A stretch of 24,000 nt of DNA from Alphaproteobacteria bacterium (GTDB lineage Bacteria; Pseudomonadota; Alphaproteobacteria; GCA-2731375): assembly GCA_047518225.1 (NCBI GenBank), contig JAKZRK010000280.1, forward strand, positions 1 through 24,000. Reading direction: 5' to 3'. The first letter of the stretch is position 1, and each line of letters opens with the position of its first letter. Positions 23,750 through 24,000 of the stretch are shown here, piece by piece. The position numbers and the translations under genes were made by a program. The notes under the pieces were generated by a model. The model ran no database searches and was not told the DNA's origin. It saw only the letters and a list, made by a program, of their open reading frames with translations.

Positions 23750-24000
23750 AGCAGTTCCGGGCTATCGTGGATCATTTTATGACGCCGCCATTGGGCCGGC
23801 GAACACAGCAGCAAAATTACCGCCACCGCCAAAAATGAGGCCGAGGCCGAGGCGGCAATGGGCAGTTCATAGCCGCCGCTCAAATCAAAGGCGAAGCCGG
23901 CCGCCACCGGCCCGACCAGATTGCCAAGGGCCGTGCCTGAATACAGTACGCCCAGAATTCCGCCCACATTCTTGACGCCGAAATAGTCCGCCGCCAATGC
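23746..24000 (-). CDS. MFS transporter, C-terminal fragment (the gene continues beyond the window end)
   Basis: The last two hydrophobic spans read DYFGVKNVGGILGVLYSGTALGNLVGPVAAGFAFD, reminiscent of oxalate/formate-antiporter-like MFS proteins. The frame is open to position 24000. Confidence 0.6.
   Translation of the reverse strand, partial: ALAADYFGVKNVGGILGVLYSGTALGNLVGPVAAGFAFDLSGGYELPIAASASASFLAVAVILLLCSPAQWRRHKMIHDSPELL

Noticed and set aside
1-24000. A search for CRISPR repeats, tandem or interspersed repeats, IS elements or integrases, toxin-antitoxin pairs, and defence or secretion systems.
   Set aside because: By eye I found no periodic direct repeats, terminal inverted repeats, transposase- or recombinase-like ORFs, or small paired ORFs. 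Every intergenic gap is under 270 nt. I could not run a computational repeat search, so short dispersed repeats cannot be excluded.

Overview
This is a densely coding, GC-rich bacterial chromosomal segment. Third-codon-position GC bias is strong and produces many long antisense shadow ORFs. The gene content suggests a proteobacterial, possibly alphaproteobacterial, metabolic region, but that taxonomic guess is weak. I support 24 protein-coding loci and found no rRNA, tRNA, CRISPR array, transposase, integrase, phage gene or recognisable transcription regulator.

Layout:
- Minus-strand block, 257-5877: acyl-CoA dehydrogenase, RraA-like protein, a second acyl-CoA dehydrogenase, EamA transporter, diheme cytochrome c, class II cytochrome c.
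- Plus-strand kynurenine cluster, 6143-9515: alpha/beta hydrolase, kynU, kynA. kynA is interrupted by a frameshift.
- Minus-strand pair, 9563-10980: enoyl-CoA hydratase and an HCCA-isomerase/DsbA-like protein.
- Plus-strand run, 11171-23749: about 12.6 kb and twelve genes, packed with start/stop overlaps. In order: enoyl-CoA hydratase (frameshifted in a T6 run), amidase, split ThDP decarboxylase (ComD/ComE-like), class I aminotransferase, hydantoinase/oxoprolinase A and B, a 65-aa AtzG-like ORF, a second amidase, PuuE-like deacetylase, class V aminotransferase, methyltransferase.
- A partial MFS transporter converges on the end of this run.

The plus-strand run is the most interesting feature. 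It looks like an uncharacterised cyclic-amide or N-heterocycle catabolic operon, and it contains a GatC/GatA-like (AtzG/AtzE-like) small-subunit plus amidase pair.

All functional calls come from reading motifs in the supplied translations. No database search was possible.
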